Source: Rhodothermales bacterium | GTDB taxonomy: Bacteria > Bacteroidota > Rhodothermia > Rhodothermales > UBA10348 | Reading direction: 5' to 3' | Assembly: GCA_047611125.1 (NCBI GenBank) | Contig: JBLFXH010000002.1 | Location: 1 to 59,060 of the forward strand | DNA length: 59,060 nt | Shown: piece by piece, positions 32,575-42,546 of the stretch | Layout: every line of letters starts with the position of its first letter | How positions within the stretch are numbered: the first letter of the stretch is position 1 | Notes under the pieces: generated by a model | What the model was told of the DNA's origin: nothing | Databases searched by the model: none | Seen by the model: the letters and a program-made list of their open reading frames with translations, nothing else | Program-made: the position numbers and the translations under genes

Positions 32575-33468
32575 CTAGGGACTCGCTGACAGGAAGTGGT
32601 CTACCGTTTGGGCCACTCGCGCGCCAAGCGCCGCGCTTATGGTGTCATCGGCAATACCCTCGATAAGGATCACCAGGACATAGGGCGAACCTGTCGCGGG
32701 AAATACCACGGCCGTGTCATGGTGAATGGCGGTGATCTGCCCCGTCTTGTGGGCGATTCGGGTTCCAGCGGGAAGTCCCGCCGGGATCATCTCGTTGAAT
32801 TGCTGCCGGGTAAGGATGTCCAACATCTGCGCGTCCGCCTCAGGATTGACCGCGCGGCCATCCAGAAGAGCCAGCATCAGTGTGGCCAGATCGGAGGACG
32901 TGGTTCGATTCGAAAGGCCCTGCTCGAAGGCCTTGAGATCCTCGACCCCTCGGAGGGTCTTCATCTGTGTGGTCCCGAGTCGCTCGCTGGTGGCCTGAAC
33001 GGCCTCGGCACCCACGAAGTCGATCAGGATATTGGTAGCCAAGTTGGACGATACCGTGATCATGCTTTCAACCAGATCTAGGATGGCCATCCTGGACCCT
33101 AGATGCTGGTAGATCTCGTCATCCGAGTCATCACCAATGGCAAACGCGGACCCGTCAACAATGGATCGAAAGCGGTTCTCGATCAGAAGTGAGTCGTTCG
33201 GGTTGACGGTGCCGACGTCGGTTTGCCGAAAGACCTCAATCATGACCGGCACCTTCATCGTGCTGGCCGCGTGATAGAGGCGAGCGCCCTGCATGTCCAG
33301 GGCTAAACCGCGCTCGGGCTCCCGAATGGAGACCGCAACAACGGCCTCTGGCTCGGAAGCGACAACCTGCTCAATCCGCCGTCCAAGTTCTTCCATATCC
33401 GGGGGATCAGTGCACCCGGCCAAGACCGTCAAGGCAAAAGCGCACCCAATGAGAAGCAGTGTGCGCAT
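32575..33468 (-). CDS. Class A beta-lactamase-fold serine hydrolase (periplasmic)
   Basis: Signal/lipoprotein N-terminus (LAGC), SxxK = STMK, SxN = SSN, KTG = HKTG. Confidence 0.8.
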   Translation of the reverse strand: MRTLLLIGCAFALTVLAGCTDPPDMEELGRRIEQVVASEPEAVVAVSIREPERGLALDMQGARLYHAASTMKVPVMIEVFRQTDVGTVNPNDSLLIENRFRSIVDGSAFAIGDDSDDEIYQHLGSRMAILDLVESMITVSSNLATNILIDFVGAEAVQATSERLGTTQMKTLRGVEDLKAFEQGLSNRTTSSDLATLMLALLDGRAVNPEADAQMLDILTRQQFNEMIPAGLPAGTRIAHKTGQITAIHHDTAVVFPATGSPYVLVILIEGIADDTISAALGARVAQTVDHFLSASP

Positions 33469-33545
33469 CTTGGAAACGGGCTTTGAGATAGTCGACCTCT
33501 GCCATTGGTGAGGCCCAAGTTACGTCGCTCCGCTGTCTTTGCTGT

Positions 33546-35075
33546 TCAGGCGCCGTCTGCGTCTTTCAAAACTCGAGACACCGCGCGAACGCTGGACTCT
33601 ACGTCACTAAACGATGCGATTCGGACTGCCGGAGCAGAGAGCGTGCGATCGGCATCAGGACTGCCGAGAACACACAACACCGTCGGGACCGTGCGCAGCA
33701 CAGACTCTGAAAAGGCGTGCTGCCAAGGGAGGAGCCCGAAGGCGTGCCATGCGGCTGGCTTCACCACGAGGGCCAGGACGGCAGTACCGGCTGCTGCCAC
33801 GCGCTCCAAAATCGTCATGATCTCTGTTTTCGTCGTGTCCGGCCCCACTTCGCATAGGACAAATCGGTCCGAGGCCTCCGCCAGAATCGAGGCCGTGTCT
33901 GCGCGGGTCGGATCGGGATAGTCCGTATGCGGACGGATCACGATCAAGGGGATTTGCTGACTGCCTGAGAGAACGGCGCGAAGATTTCCGGTGACCTCGA
34001 TTGCCTTGGAGGCCACCGCTTGGGACAGTTCAGGACCGTCAGGCCGGGATGCGTCGCGAAGTGCCGCGGCCTTGGTCTTCATTGACCAAACGCGTTCAAA
34101 CGCCTCCTGGACAAGCCACTCGCTTAAATGCCCGCCCCTCACGGCCGAGAGAATGGAGGCGAGGGCGACTTCCGGGTGCGAGACATCCAACAGTACGTCG
34201 ACACCTGCCGCGATCAACTCGGGAGCACGTGCACTGACCTCCTCGCCTGCTGCACCCATGAGAAGGCTGTCCGACACCACCACCCCGCGAAATCCGAGTT
34301 CATCGCGAAGCAGACCACGCAGAATCGGTGCGGAGAAGGTGGCCGGCGCCCCGGAAGGGTCAAGGGACGGGTAGGCCACATGGGCGGTCATGATAGCGTC
34401 AACGCCAGCCTCGATGGCCGCGCGAAAGGGTATCAGTTCGACCTCATCAAGCTGGGCCCTGGTCTTCGAGACCGTCGGGAGGGCATCGTGCGAATCGGTG
34501 TCCGTCTCACCATGTCCGGGGAAGTGTTTGGCGGTGCTGAGACCTCCTCCCGCCCTGCAGCCCTCTATGAATTCCGTCACCAAGCGGGCGCACTCCGCCG
34601 GATGCGTGGAGAACGCACGCGTGGAGATAATGGGGTTGACAGGATTAGAGTGGACGTCGGCCACGGGCGCAAATAGCCAGCGGACCCCGGCCGATCCAGC
34701 CTCTTCCGCGGTGACTCGCGCGGCCTGGCTGGCGTAATCCTGTCCTACCGCTCCAGCCGGCCCATCAGCGTGACCAAACGCCATCGCGTGGGGAAATACT
34801 GTAGCGCCGGCCAGTTGCTGACCCGCGCCTCGTTCCAGGTCCGACGCAAACAGCAGCGGCGTTGGCGAGAGATCCTGCAATCGGGCCAGAGCAGCCGGCG
34901 TAGCGTCGTACGTACCTCGGAAGATCACGAATCCTCCGACAGGCACCGACTCAAGAAGGCGGGCGGCTCTTTCGACATCATCCGCCACGGCAACGGCTGG
35001 GGGCATATTTGAGCCCAAGCGGGGCATCAGGAGCTGGGCTGCTCGCTCTCGCAGGGATTCTGGTTTCTCAATCAT
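33546..35075 (-). CDS. Glycoside hydrolase family 3 protein (NagZ-like beta-N-acetylhexosaminidase with extra C-terminal domain)
   Basis: KHFPGHGETDTDSH and VVSDSLLMGA motifs. It is 509 aa, against about 340 aa for a minimal NagZ. The start overlaps the nadD stop (ATGA). Confidence 0.82.
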   Translation of the reverse strand: MIEKPESLRERAAQLLMPRLGSNMPPAVAVADDVERAARLLESVPVGGFVIFRGTYDATPAALARLQDLSPTPLLFASDLERGAGQQLAGATVFPHAMAFGHADGPAGAVGQDYASQAARVTAEEAGSAGVRWLFAPVADVHSNPVNPIISTRAFSTHPAECARLVTEFIEGCRAGGGLSTAKHFPGHGETDTDSHDALPTVSKTRAQLDEVELIPFRAAIEAGVDAIMTAHVAYPSLDPSGAPATFSAPILRGLLRDELGFRGVVVSDSLLMGAAGEEVSARAPELIAAGVDVLLDVSHPEVALASILSAVRGGHLSEWLVQEAFERVWSMKTKAAALRDASRPDGPELSQAVASKAIEVTGNLRAVLSGSQQIPLIVIRPHTDYPDPTRADTASILAEASDRFVLCEVGPDTTKTEIMTILERVAAAGTAVLALVVKPAAWHAFGLLPWQHAFSESVLRTVPTVLCVLGSPDADRTLSAPAVRIASFSDVESSVRAVSRVLKDADGA

Positions 35076-35662
35076 GCCGGCAGTACGTACAGTTCATGGG
35101 CTCGGATGTAATCCAAAACGTCCTTGCTCACCAGGCCGGCCACCGGCTCGGCCGTTCTCAGCCGCCGGCGAATCTCGGTGGACGAAATGTCCAGTCTAGG
35201 GGAGGGGATAACGGTAGCCGATCGACTGCCAGCAGGGCCTGCTCCTGTTTCCGTTTCCGCCGCGCCGCGGGGGTAAACCGCCACACGTGCCAGGCTGAGA
35301 ATGCGTTCGGGCTCTCGCCAGAGGTCGAAGGACTGCCAACTGTCTTCGCCAATCAGCAGGTGGAGATCCCAGTCCGGATGATCTGCGGCTAGCAATGCCA
35401 CCGTGTCCACAGTAAATGAGGGTGGTGGACGCCCAATCTCAAGGTCGGATACCACGAAGGCCGGGTGGTCTGCCGAACAGAGACTAGTCATGGCCAGCCG
35501 GTGAGCGGCGGAAACCTGTGCTGCAGCGTCCTTCAAGGGAGACTGTCTGGCTGGCATCCAGATCAGCCTCGATAGTCCCAGCGCCTCAACGGCCTGCTCG
35601 GCGATTACCCTATGCCCCAGGTGCGGAGGGTTGAACGTGCCACCAAAAAGTCCGACGCGCAT
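35072..35662 (-). CDS. nadD: Nicotinate-nucleotide adenylyltransferase
   Basis: MRVGLFGGTFNPPHLGH and the C-terminal ISSTEIR motif. Confidence 0.92.
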   Translation of the reverse strand: MRVGLFGGTFNPPHLGHRVIAEQAVEALGLSRLIWMPARQSPLKDAAAQVSAAHRLAMTSLCSADHPAFVVSDLEIGRPPPSFTVDTVALLAADHPDWDLHLLIGEDSWQSFDLWREPERILSLARVAVYPRGAAETETGAGPAGSRSATVIPSPRLDISSTEIRRRLRTAEPVAGLVSKDVLDYIRAHELYVLPA

Positions 35663-35687
35663 GGGCTGGAGCAGGCTGAAAGCGTGC

Positions 35688-36491
35688 TTACTCCTGCTGG
35701 CTTTGCAGGTTTTCCAGACGCTCGGCCGCGGTGCGGTAAACTTCCTCAGCCTCCTTGATCAGCGGGCTATCGGGAAAGATCTGAATCAGTCTGTCATACA
35801 TCTCGACGGCCAGCTCAAGGCGCTCGGGGCGCCGATCCGCAATGCTTTGGTCCGCGAAGAGCACGTACGCCCGCGATGCGGCAACCAGGGCGTCGTCGGC
35901 CCATTCTGTGTCGTAGTAGTCGTCGAACACGGACTCAAAGGTGAGCGCCGCCGCTTCGGCGTAGCCTCGCAACTGATACTGGTTGCCCGCGGCGTAGCGC
36001 TTGCGAGCCAGTTTGCCGCGGAGTTCCTCAATGCGCTCCTGTCCATCGAAGAACACGGGGTGATTGGGATACCGATTCATGAAGAGCTCGAACTGGGTGA
36101 TGGCCCGCTCTGTGTCGGTTTGATCCAGTTCGAATCGAGGAGACCTGTCGTAATAGGTCATCGCCAATTCGTACGCGGCATCAGGTACCCGCGGATCCGC
36201 TCTGTAGATCTGGGTGAACCGGGTGAACTCGTTGGCGGCAAGGAGATAGTCCTTGTTCGAACGGTACGACCGGGCCAGATTCAACTGAGCGTCTGCCGCC
36301 CATTCGTGGGTTCGGCCAAAGTCAAAGACCCCCTGAAAGAACTCTGCGGCGCGCTCATAGTCGCCGGCTTCCATGCGGACGAGGCCCTTGTTGAACGCGT
36401 CCTCAGGCCCGTCATAGGATAGACGACCGGATCCGGCACAACCGGCCAGAATCAGCAAGAGGAGAAACGGGATGACGCGTTGGATCATCAA
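35688..36491 (-). CDS. bamD: Outer membrane protein assembly factor BamD
   Basis: Lipoprotein signal LILAGC followed by TPR-like repeats with the typical BamD/YfiO pattern. 267 aa. Confidence 0.8.
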   Translation of the reverse strand: MMIQRVIPFLLLLILAGCAGSGRLSYDGPEDAFNKGLVRMEAGDYERAAEFFQGVFDFGRTHEWAADAQLNLARSYRSNKDYLLAANEFTRFTQIYRADPRVPDAAYELAMTYYDRSPRFELDQTDTERAITQFELFMNRYPNHPVFFDGQERIEELRGKLARKRYAAGNQYQLRGYAEAAALTFESVFDDYYDTEWADDALVAASRAYVLFADQSIADRRPERLELAVEMYDRLIQIFPDSPLIKEAEEVYRTAAERLENLQSQQE

Positions 36492-36640
36492 TGGAAACCA
36501 GGATTTCGGTGATACAGGCCCATGAAACGAGGGGCTGATCCCGATTAGTACAATGGCCGTGCTTTATCGGCAGCGGAATCGAACCCGATCGGACTAATTT
36601 CAGTTCCGAATGGTGAGCGTCATTGCAAGAGGAAGGTGTA

Positions 36641-38065
36641 TTACCGCATCAGCTCAAGTCTACCGTCCCGGTACCGATGGTAGTACATCTGTCGGTTGAC
36701 TTGTCCTCCTCCGAAGAGGAGGCGAACACCGAGGCCCTCAAATGCTGGAGCGCCCAGTAGTCGAGCTCGAACCGCAAGGGGGTCCTCTGACTCGACAGTG
36801 GACGCCAGATAACGCCCAAGGTCATAGCCCACTATGCTGAGTCGACCCGGGCTCACGCCTGTCATCGAACGGTAGCGTCGCGTGAAGGGCTGGGCCGCAT
36901 CTGAGGTGCGGTCGAAGTAGAAATCATTCGAATAGGTGACGCCGAAACGGGATGCCTCCGCTCGCATGGGGAGGTCGTGCCACTCGGCATTGCCGAGCAC
37001 ACGGAGTCGCTTTTGTTCGCTGGCGGTCAGCAGGCCATTTAGCCCATCCAACAGGGCTCCGGCAAGCTGGTCCGCGGCTGATCCGGAGAGAGGGGCGTAG
37101 ATCCCCCGGACTGCGCGCAGGGAATCGGCCGGAATGTGGTCTCCGATCGAGAACCAGGAGCGCGTGTCCGGAAGCATTTGGACAAACCGTACCGTCGCTC
37201 CTAGCAGACGGGCCTCATCCGCAAACGCATTGCCCATAACACCGGAGATTCCGTGCTCATCATGCTCGGCCACGACGCCTAAATCCCGAAGCCTGAGACC
37301 ATTGACTGCAAAGCGGGCCATGAGGCGCCCACGCATCTCGATGGTAGGGTTGGCCTGAAAGGACATTAGGCGGTCGCGCGAGACCTCTTCGTCGGTGGCA
37401 AGGGGTGCCACAAAAACAACCTCTAGTCGCTCGGCCTCGGCTGCCGCCGCCCGAGCTTGGTCGCTGAACAGCGCCCCAAAGACGGTGTGCGCGCCTGCTT
37501 CAACCGCACTGGCCACCGCTCCCTCGGACCCAAGCTCCCCGATATCCCGAAAGACCATGCGAACGGGCCGACCTTCTCTGCGCGCGTTGTGGTCATCTAC
37601 CGCCATTCGGAATCCGTTGAACAGCGACTGACTGGCAGAGGCTTCCACGTCGTCCAGCGAGAGGATCACGCCAATGGTCACCGGACTGTTAGACGTGACC
37701 TGAATAGCATCGGATGCGAGCTTGCGAGTTCGCTGGGCCTCCGAGATGTATCGGCTCGACTGGTAGACCCGCCGGAAGGTGTCGAAGGTCTCAATAGCGC
37801 GCTGATACGCGCCAGCTCGGTACAGGGCGCGGCCTTCCATCAGCGCAGCCGCTGTTGTCAGAGTATGCAGTTGGTACGCACTCGCCACGCGGGAGAATTG
37901 GCCAGCGGCATTCGTATAGTCTCCAGACTCGAACGTGGACAGGGCCTGATCGAAGAGCGTCTGGGCTTCGGGCAGTTCACTGACCCGCGGATCCAGTTGC
38001 TGAGCGGAGACCGAGGTAGCCGATAGCAGGATTCCTGCGAGTAGAAGAGGGAGGAGTCGTCTCAT
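36641..38065 (-). CDS. Secreted TPR plus type-1 periplasmic-binding-fold protein (LivK/LpoA-like)
   Basis: The ATG at 38065 overlaps the guaA stop (ATGA) and gives signal peptide [23 protein letters not shown]-terminal TPR-like helices are followed by a PBP1-like region (VTIGVILSL...). The ORF-track start at 38233 would overlap guaA. Confidence 0.55.
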   Translation of the reverse strand: MRRLLPLLLAGILLSATSVSAQQLDPRVSELPEAQTLFDQALSTFESGDYTNAAGQFSRVASAYQLHTLTTAAALMEGRALYRAGAYQRAIETFDTFRRVYQSSRYISEAQRTRKLASDAIQVTSNSPVTIGVILSLDDVEASASQSLFNGFRMAVDDHNARREGRPVRMVFRDIGELGSEGAVASAVEAGAHTVFGALFSDQARAAAAEAERLEVVFVAPLATDEEVSRDRLMSFQANPTIEMRGRLMARFAVNGLRLRDLGVVAEHDEHGISGVMGNAFADEARLLGATVRFVQMLPDTRSWFSIGDHIPADSLRAVRGIYAPLSGSAADQLAGALLDGLNGLLTASEQKRLRVLGNAEWHDLPMRAEASRFGVTYSNDFYFDRTSDAAQPFTRRYRSMTGVSPGRLSIVGYDLGRYLASTVESEDPLAVRARLLGAPAFEGLGVRLLFGGGQVNRQMYYHRYRDGRLELMR

Positions 38066-39627
38066 TCCCATTCGATCGTGGCCGGCGGCTTGGAACTGAT
38101 GTCGTAGACGCAGCGGTTGATTCCCCTGATCTCGTTCACAATCCGGTTTGAAACGTGGCCCAGAAACTCGTGGGGCAGGTGGGCCCAATCGGCAGTCATG
38201 CCATCCACGCTGGTCACCGCGCGGAGGCCGCACACGTTTTCGTACGTACGCTCATCGCCCATGACTCCGACTGTGCGAATGGGCAGTAGCACGGCGAAGG
38301 CCTGCCAGACCTCATCGTACAGATTATAATTCCGAAGCTCCTCGATGAAGACGGCGTCGGCCAGCTGAAGGGTGGCCACGTCCTCGCGCGTCACTGCGCC
38401 AAGGATTCTGATGCCCAGGCCCGGACCCGGAAACGGATGCCGGCCAATGATGGACTGCGGGACTTCCAGCAGTTTACCGATGACGCGGACTTCGTCTTTG
38501 AACAACTCGCGGAAGGGCTCGAGGACCTCCAGGTCCATATCGTCCGGCAGGCCACCCACGTTGTGGTGACTCTTGATAGTGGCCGACGGTCCCTTGAAGG
38601 AGATGCTCTCGATCACATCCGGATACAGCGTGCCCTGAGCCAGGAACCGCGGCTTGATCCCGCTTCGGTTGATCACGGACTCGGTGGCTTCGTCGAAGAC
38701 CTCGACGAACGTGTTTCCGATGATGTGTCGCTTCTTCTCGGGGTCAGTCACTCCGGCTAGGCGATCCAGAAACAGATCCGAAGCGTCGACAGCCTCAAGG
38801 CGGATCTGATAGTGGCCGCGGAAGGTCTCTTGAACCTGCTCCCATTCGCCGAGCCGTAGCAGGCCGTTGTTGACGAAAATGCACGTCAACTGGTCCCCGA
38901 TGGCCCGGTGCAGCAGAACGGCCGCCACAGACGAGTCGACGCCTCCCGAGAGACCCAGGATGACATGGTCGTCACCTACCGTACGGCGGATTTCCTCTGT
39001 CTTCTCGTCGATGAACGATGCGGCAGACCAATCTCCCTTACACCCACAGATTCCATGGGTGAAGTTCTTCAGGATGGTCGCGCCGTGCAGCGTGTGGACC
39101 ACTTCGGGGTGGAATTGGACGCCGTAGAGGGGGCGTCCCGCCACTTTAACCGCAGCAACGGGGGCGTTTTCGGTCTTGGCAATAACCTGGAAACTCTCCG
39201 GCAGGCGTGTCAGATGATCGCCGTGACTCATCCAGACCGTAGTATCGGCTGGAAGACCTTCGAGCAGCGTCGAGGGATCGAGGACATCAAGACGTGCGCG
39301 TCCGAATTCGCGCCGGTCAGCTCGGGCCACGGAGCCACCCGATACGTGCGCCATGACCTGCAGGCCATAGCAAATGCCGAGAACCGGGACTGGTCCATTC
39401 GGCCCCTTCAAATCCAGCACGGCCGGGTCAAGCGGGGGGGCGCCATCGTCGTAAACTGACGAGGGACCGCCAGAGAGAATGATTCCCGTGGGCTCGAGCG
39501 CCGCGATCTCAGCCGTTGGCGTGGTGCAGGCGTAGATCTCCGAATACACGCCAGACTCCCGGACGCGTCGGGCAATCAACTGGGTGTACTGCGACCCGAA
39601 ATCCAGAATGACGATTCGTTGGTGCAT
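38062..39627 (-). CDS. guaA: Glutamine-hydrolyzing GMP synthase
   Basis: GATase catalytic GICYGLQ, the ATP-PPase P-loop [10 protein letters not shown] and the C-terminal ...PPATIEWE. Confidence 0.97.
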   Translation of the reverse strand: MHQRIVILDFGSQYTQLIARRVRESGVYSEIYACTTPTAEIAALEPTGIILSGGPSSVYDDGAPPLDPAVLDLKGPNGPVPVLGICYGLQVMAHVSGGSVARADRREFGRARLDVLDPSTLLEGLPADTTVWMSHGDHLTRLPESFQVIAKTENAPVAAVKVAGRPLYGVQFHPEVVHTLHGATILKNFTHGICGCKGDWSAASFIDEKTEEIRRTVGDDHVILGLSGGVDSSVAAVLLHRAIGDQLTCIFVNNGLLRLGEWEQVQETFRGHYQIRLEAVDASDLFLDRLAGVTDPEKKRHIIGNTFVEVFDEATESVINRSGIKPRFLAQGTLYPDVIESISFKGPSATIKSHHNVGGLPDDMDLEVLEPFRELFKDEVRVIGKLLEVPQSIIGRHPFPGPGLGIRILGAVTREDVATLQLADAVFIEELRNYNLYDEVWQAFAVLLPIRTVGVMGDERTYENVCGLRAVTSVDGMTADWAHLPHEFLGHVSNRIVNEIRGINRCVYDISSKPPATIEWE

Positions 39628-39630
39628 TCC

Positions 39631-40014
39631 TCAGCCGGTCATTGCGGCGTAAGCCTCGGCAGACAACAGGCCGTCCAACTCGGACGCATCACCGATGGCA
39701 ATCTTGATCATCCAGCCTTTACCGTACGGATCGTCGTTGACCAGTTCAGGGCTGTCTTCCAGGGCAGCGTTGGCTTCCGAGACGGTACCTGAGATGGGCA
39801 TAAACAGTTCGGAAACTGTCTTGACGGCCTCGACCGTGCCGAAGACGTCATCCTTGTCCACGTCATTGCCGATCGTGTCGATGTCCACGTACACGATGTC
39901 GCCGAGCTCGTTCTGGGCGAAATCTGTGATGCCCACCGTCACCGAGGAGCCGTCTTCGGAGACGCGTATCCACTCGTGGTCTTTGGTGTAGCTGAGTTCC
40001 GCAGGGAATTTCAT
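39631..40014 (-). CDS. gcvH: Glycine cleavage system protein H
   Basis: YTKDHEWI..., lipoyl-lysine context [13 protein letters not shown]. 127 aa. Confidence 0.95.
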   Translation of the reverse strand: MKFPAELSYTKDHEWIRVSEDGSSVTVGITDFAQNELGDIVYVDIDTIGNDVDKDDVFGTVEAVKTVSELFMPISGTVSEANAALEDSPELVNDDPYGKGWMIKIAIGDASELDGLLSAEAYAAMTG

Positions 40015-40018
40015 TCGA

Positions 40019-41371
40019 TCAGACAGGTTTCAATTCAAAAGTCTCAAGGAAGCGGGTATCGAAATCGCCCGCGCGGAATTTCTCGTCTTTCAAGAGCTGA
40101 ATGTGGAAGGGAATCGTGGTATGCACGCCCTCGATCACAAACTCTTCCAGAGCCCGAAGTGCCTTCCGGATGGCCAGGTCACGCGTCTTGCCTCTGACGA
40201 TCAGTTTGGCAATCATCGAATCATAAAACGGGGGGACGACATAGCCGGCGTAGACGTGCGTGTCTACCCGAACACCGTGTCCGCCAGGCGCATGGAAAGC
40301 CGTGATTTTCCCGGGAGACGGCGAGAACGCCTTGAATGGATTCTCGGCATTGATGCGACACTCGATGGCGTGTCCGTCCATCGGCGGCGTCTCGGAGATG
40401 ATGCTCTCTCCCATGGCGACGCGAATCTGATACTGGATCAGGTCACAGTCCGTCACTTCTTCGGTGACCGGGTGTTCTACCTGGATCCGGGTATTCATTT
40501 CCATGAAGTAGAAGTTCTTGTCCGCGTCCACAAGGAACTCAACCGTACCAGCACCCTCGTAGTTCACTGCCTCGGAGCCCTTGATCGCGGCTTCTCCCAT
40601 GCGGCGACGCAGGTCCTCATCCACAATCGGGCTGGGTGCCTCCTCGAGAAGTTTCTGGTGACGACGTTGGATAGAGCACTCCCGCTCGCCAAAGTGAATG
40701 ACCTTGCCGCGCCCATCGCCCAGTACCTGGATCTCGACGTGGCGAGGGCCCGTCACAAACTTCTCGATATAGACTTCGCCATTGCCGAAGGCCGCCTCGG
40801 CCTCGTTCGATGCCATGGTATAGGAAGCCTCGAAGTCTTCCGCAGCCGTCACCATGCGCATACCTTTGCCACCGCCGCCGGCGCTGGCTTTGACGATGAC
40901 GGGGTAGCCGATTCCCTCTGCAATCTTCTTGGCCTCACCGATATCGTTGACAACGCCGTCAGATCCGGGAACGACCGGCACGCCAGCGGCGCGCATCGTG
41001 TCCTTGGCAAGGCTCTTGTCACCCATCATCCGAATAGTCTCCGGGGATGGACCGATGAACTTGATCTGGTGATCCTCGCAGATGGCGCTGAAGTCAGCGT
41101 TCTCGGCCAGGAAACCATATCCCGGATGGATGGCGTCTGCCCCGGTGACCTCGGCCGCGGCCAGAATTCGGTCGAACCGAAGATAGCTGTCCCGACTGGC
41201 CGGGGGGCCAATGCAGACGGCCTCGTCCGCGAACCGAACATGCAGGGAATCTCGGTCTGCCGTGGAATACACGGCCACCGTCTTGATTCCCATTTCGTGG
41301 CAGGTCCGGATAATGCGAAGGGCAATCTCGCCCCGGTTCGCAATGAGAACCTTGTTGATCTGTCTAAACAT
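40019..41371 (-). CDS. accC: Acetyl-CoA carboxylase biotin carboxylase subunit
   Basis: [14 protein letters not shown], the ATP-grasp GGGGKGMR and [14 protein letters not shown]. Confidence 0.97.
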   Translation of the reverse strand: MFRQINKVLIANRGEIALRIIRTCHEMGIKTVAVYSTADRDSLHVRFADEAVCIGPPASRDSYLRFDRILAAAEVTGADAIHPGYGFLAENADFSAICEDHQIKFIGPSPETIRMMGDKSLAKDTMRAAGVPVVPGSDGVVNDIGEAKKIAEGIGYPVIVKASAGGGGKGMRMVTAAEDFEASYTMASNEAEAAFGNGEVYIEKFVTGPRHVEIQVLGDGRGKVIHFGERECSIQRRHQKLLEEAPSPIVDEDLRRRMGEAAIKGSEAVNYEGAGTVEFLVDADKNFYFMEMNTRIQVEHPVTEEVTDCDLIQYQIRVAMGESIISETPPMDGHAIECRINAENPFKAFSPSPGKITAFHAPGGHGVRVDTHVYAGYVVPPFYDSMIAKLIVRGKTRDLAIRKALRALEEFVIEGVHTTIPFHIQLLKDEKFRAGDFDTRFLETFELKPV

Positions 41372-41385
41372 GCCGGACCGGTTGG

Positions 41386-41880
41386 TCAGCTGGGATCGAT
41401 GAGGTACAGCGGCTGGTCGAATTCGACCGCCTGCGCATTATCCACAAGGATCTCGGTGATGGTGCCACTGACTTCACACTCAATCTCGTTCATCAGCTTC
41501 ATGGCCTCGATGATGCAGAGTATGTCGCCAGGTTTGACGCGGTCACCAACAGCGACGTAGTCGTCAGAGTCGGGAGAGGGCGCGCGATAGAAGGTCCCGA
41601 CAATGGGAGCGCGGATGGGCTCGCTGGCCGGGGCCGCCGGAGCAGCTGGAGGCGGAGCCGCGGGCATTGACGGCAGCGCCGCAGGTGCCTGCATGGGCGC
41701 ACCCATGGGCATGGCCTGCTGCGGCATCGGGTAGGGGTAGGGTTGAGGGGCCTGCTGGACCATGATGGTCGGGGCAGACTTGCGCACGACGAGCTTGAAG
41801 TCTTCGTCGTGTATTTCAACCTCGGCCACGCCGCTGTCGGCAACGACCTGGAGAAGCTCCCGGATGCGATCGATATCCAT
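41386..41880 (-). CDS. accB: Acetyl-CoA carboxylase biotin carboxyl carrier protein
   Basis: A Pro/Ala-rich linker and the biotinyl motif [12 protein letters not shown]. Confidence 0.95.
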   Translation of the reverse strand: MDIDRIRELLQVVADSGVAEVEIHDEDFKLVVRKSAPTIMVQQAPQPYPYPMPQQAMPMGAPMQAPAALPSMPAAPPPAAPAAPASEPIRAPIVGTFYRAPSPDSDDYVAVGDRVKPGDILCIIEAMKLMNEIECEVSGTITEILVDNAQAVEFDQPLYLIDPS

Positions 41881-41900
41881 CAGAGGTGGGTCTTCGGCGA

Positions 41901-42470
41901 TCAGGTGGTCGAGACACGAGTGACATAATCACCCTTGTCTGTGGTGACCTTGACCGTATCGCCTTCGTTGATGAAAAGGGGTACGAGGACAACTGCGCCG
42001 CTTTCGAGCGTTGCAGGCTTGGTCGCGCCCTGAGCGGTGTCACCCTTGAGACCGGGGTCGGTCTGGGTAACCACCAACTCCACGCTGGTCGGAATCTCGG
42101 TAGTCAGGGCTTGTTCGGTCTCGGAATGGAACAGTATCTCAAGCGTGCCGCCCTCCTTGATAAACTCGCGGCCCGGGACGCTTTCTTCTGGCAGAGATAG
42201 CTGCTCGTAGGTCTCCAGATTCATGAAATGGAGACCCAAGTCGTCCTGGTACAGATACTGGTAGGTGCGCCGCTCGATGCGCGCCGTCTCCATTTTCTCT
42301 CCGGCACGGAACGTGTTGTCCACGATCTTGCCGCTTCTGACATTTCTCAGCTTGGAGCGGACGAATGCCCCGCCCTTGCCGGGCTTAACGTGCTGGAATT
42401 CAATGATAGACCATAGGTCACCATTCCAGATCAAAGTCAGTCCGTTTCGGAAGTCGCTGGTAGAGGCCAT
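41901..42470 (-). CDS. efp: Elongation factor P
   Basis: [19 protein letters not shown] loop. 189 aa. Confidence 0.96.
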   Translation of the reverse strand: MASTSDFRNGLTLIWNGDLWSIIEFQHVKPGKGGAFVRSKLRNVRSGKIVDNTFRAGEKMETARIERRTYQYLYQDDLGLHFMNLETYEQLSLPEESVPGREFIKEGGTLEILFHSETEQALTTEIPTSVELVVTQTDPGLKGDTAQGATKPATLESGAVVLVPLFINEGDTVKVTTDKGDYVTRVSTT

Positions 42471-42546
42471 TCACTCGGAGAGTCGTTTCGCGCAAAGACA
42501 TCTAAGGTAGCCCGCTTGGGCTGATTCAGTCAATCAGTCGCGGTCC

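Noticed and set aside
36565-36585. tRNA-like signal: the minus strand reads GGTTCGATTCC (an exact T-loop box) followed by GCTGCCGATA
   Set aside because: The five bases 5' of the loop pair with only 2 of 5 positions of the putative T-stem. No D-arm, anticodon arm or acceptor pairing can be drawn, so this is not a tRNA gene. It could be a decayed tRNA 3'-end/att remnant or chance. tRNAscan-SE/ARAGORN, or a search for the intact tRNA elsewhere in the genome, would decide.
40103-41560. 485-aa plus-strand ORF
   Set aside because: It is antisense to accC and accB, both unambiguous. The composition is Arg/Gly/Leu-rich with no motifs.
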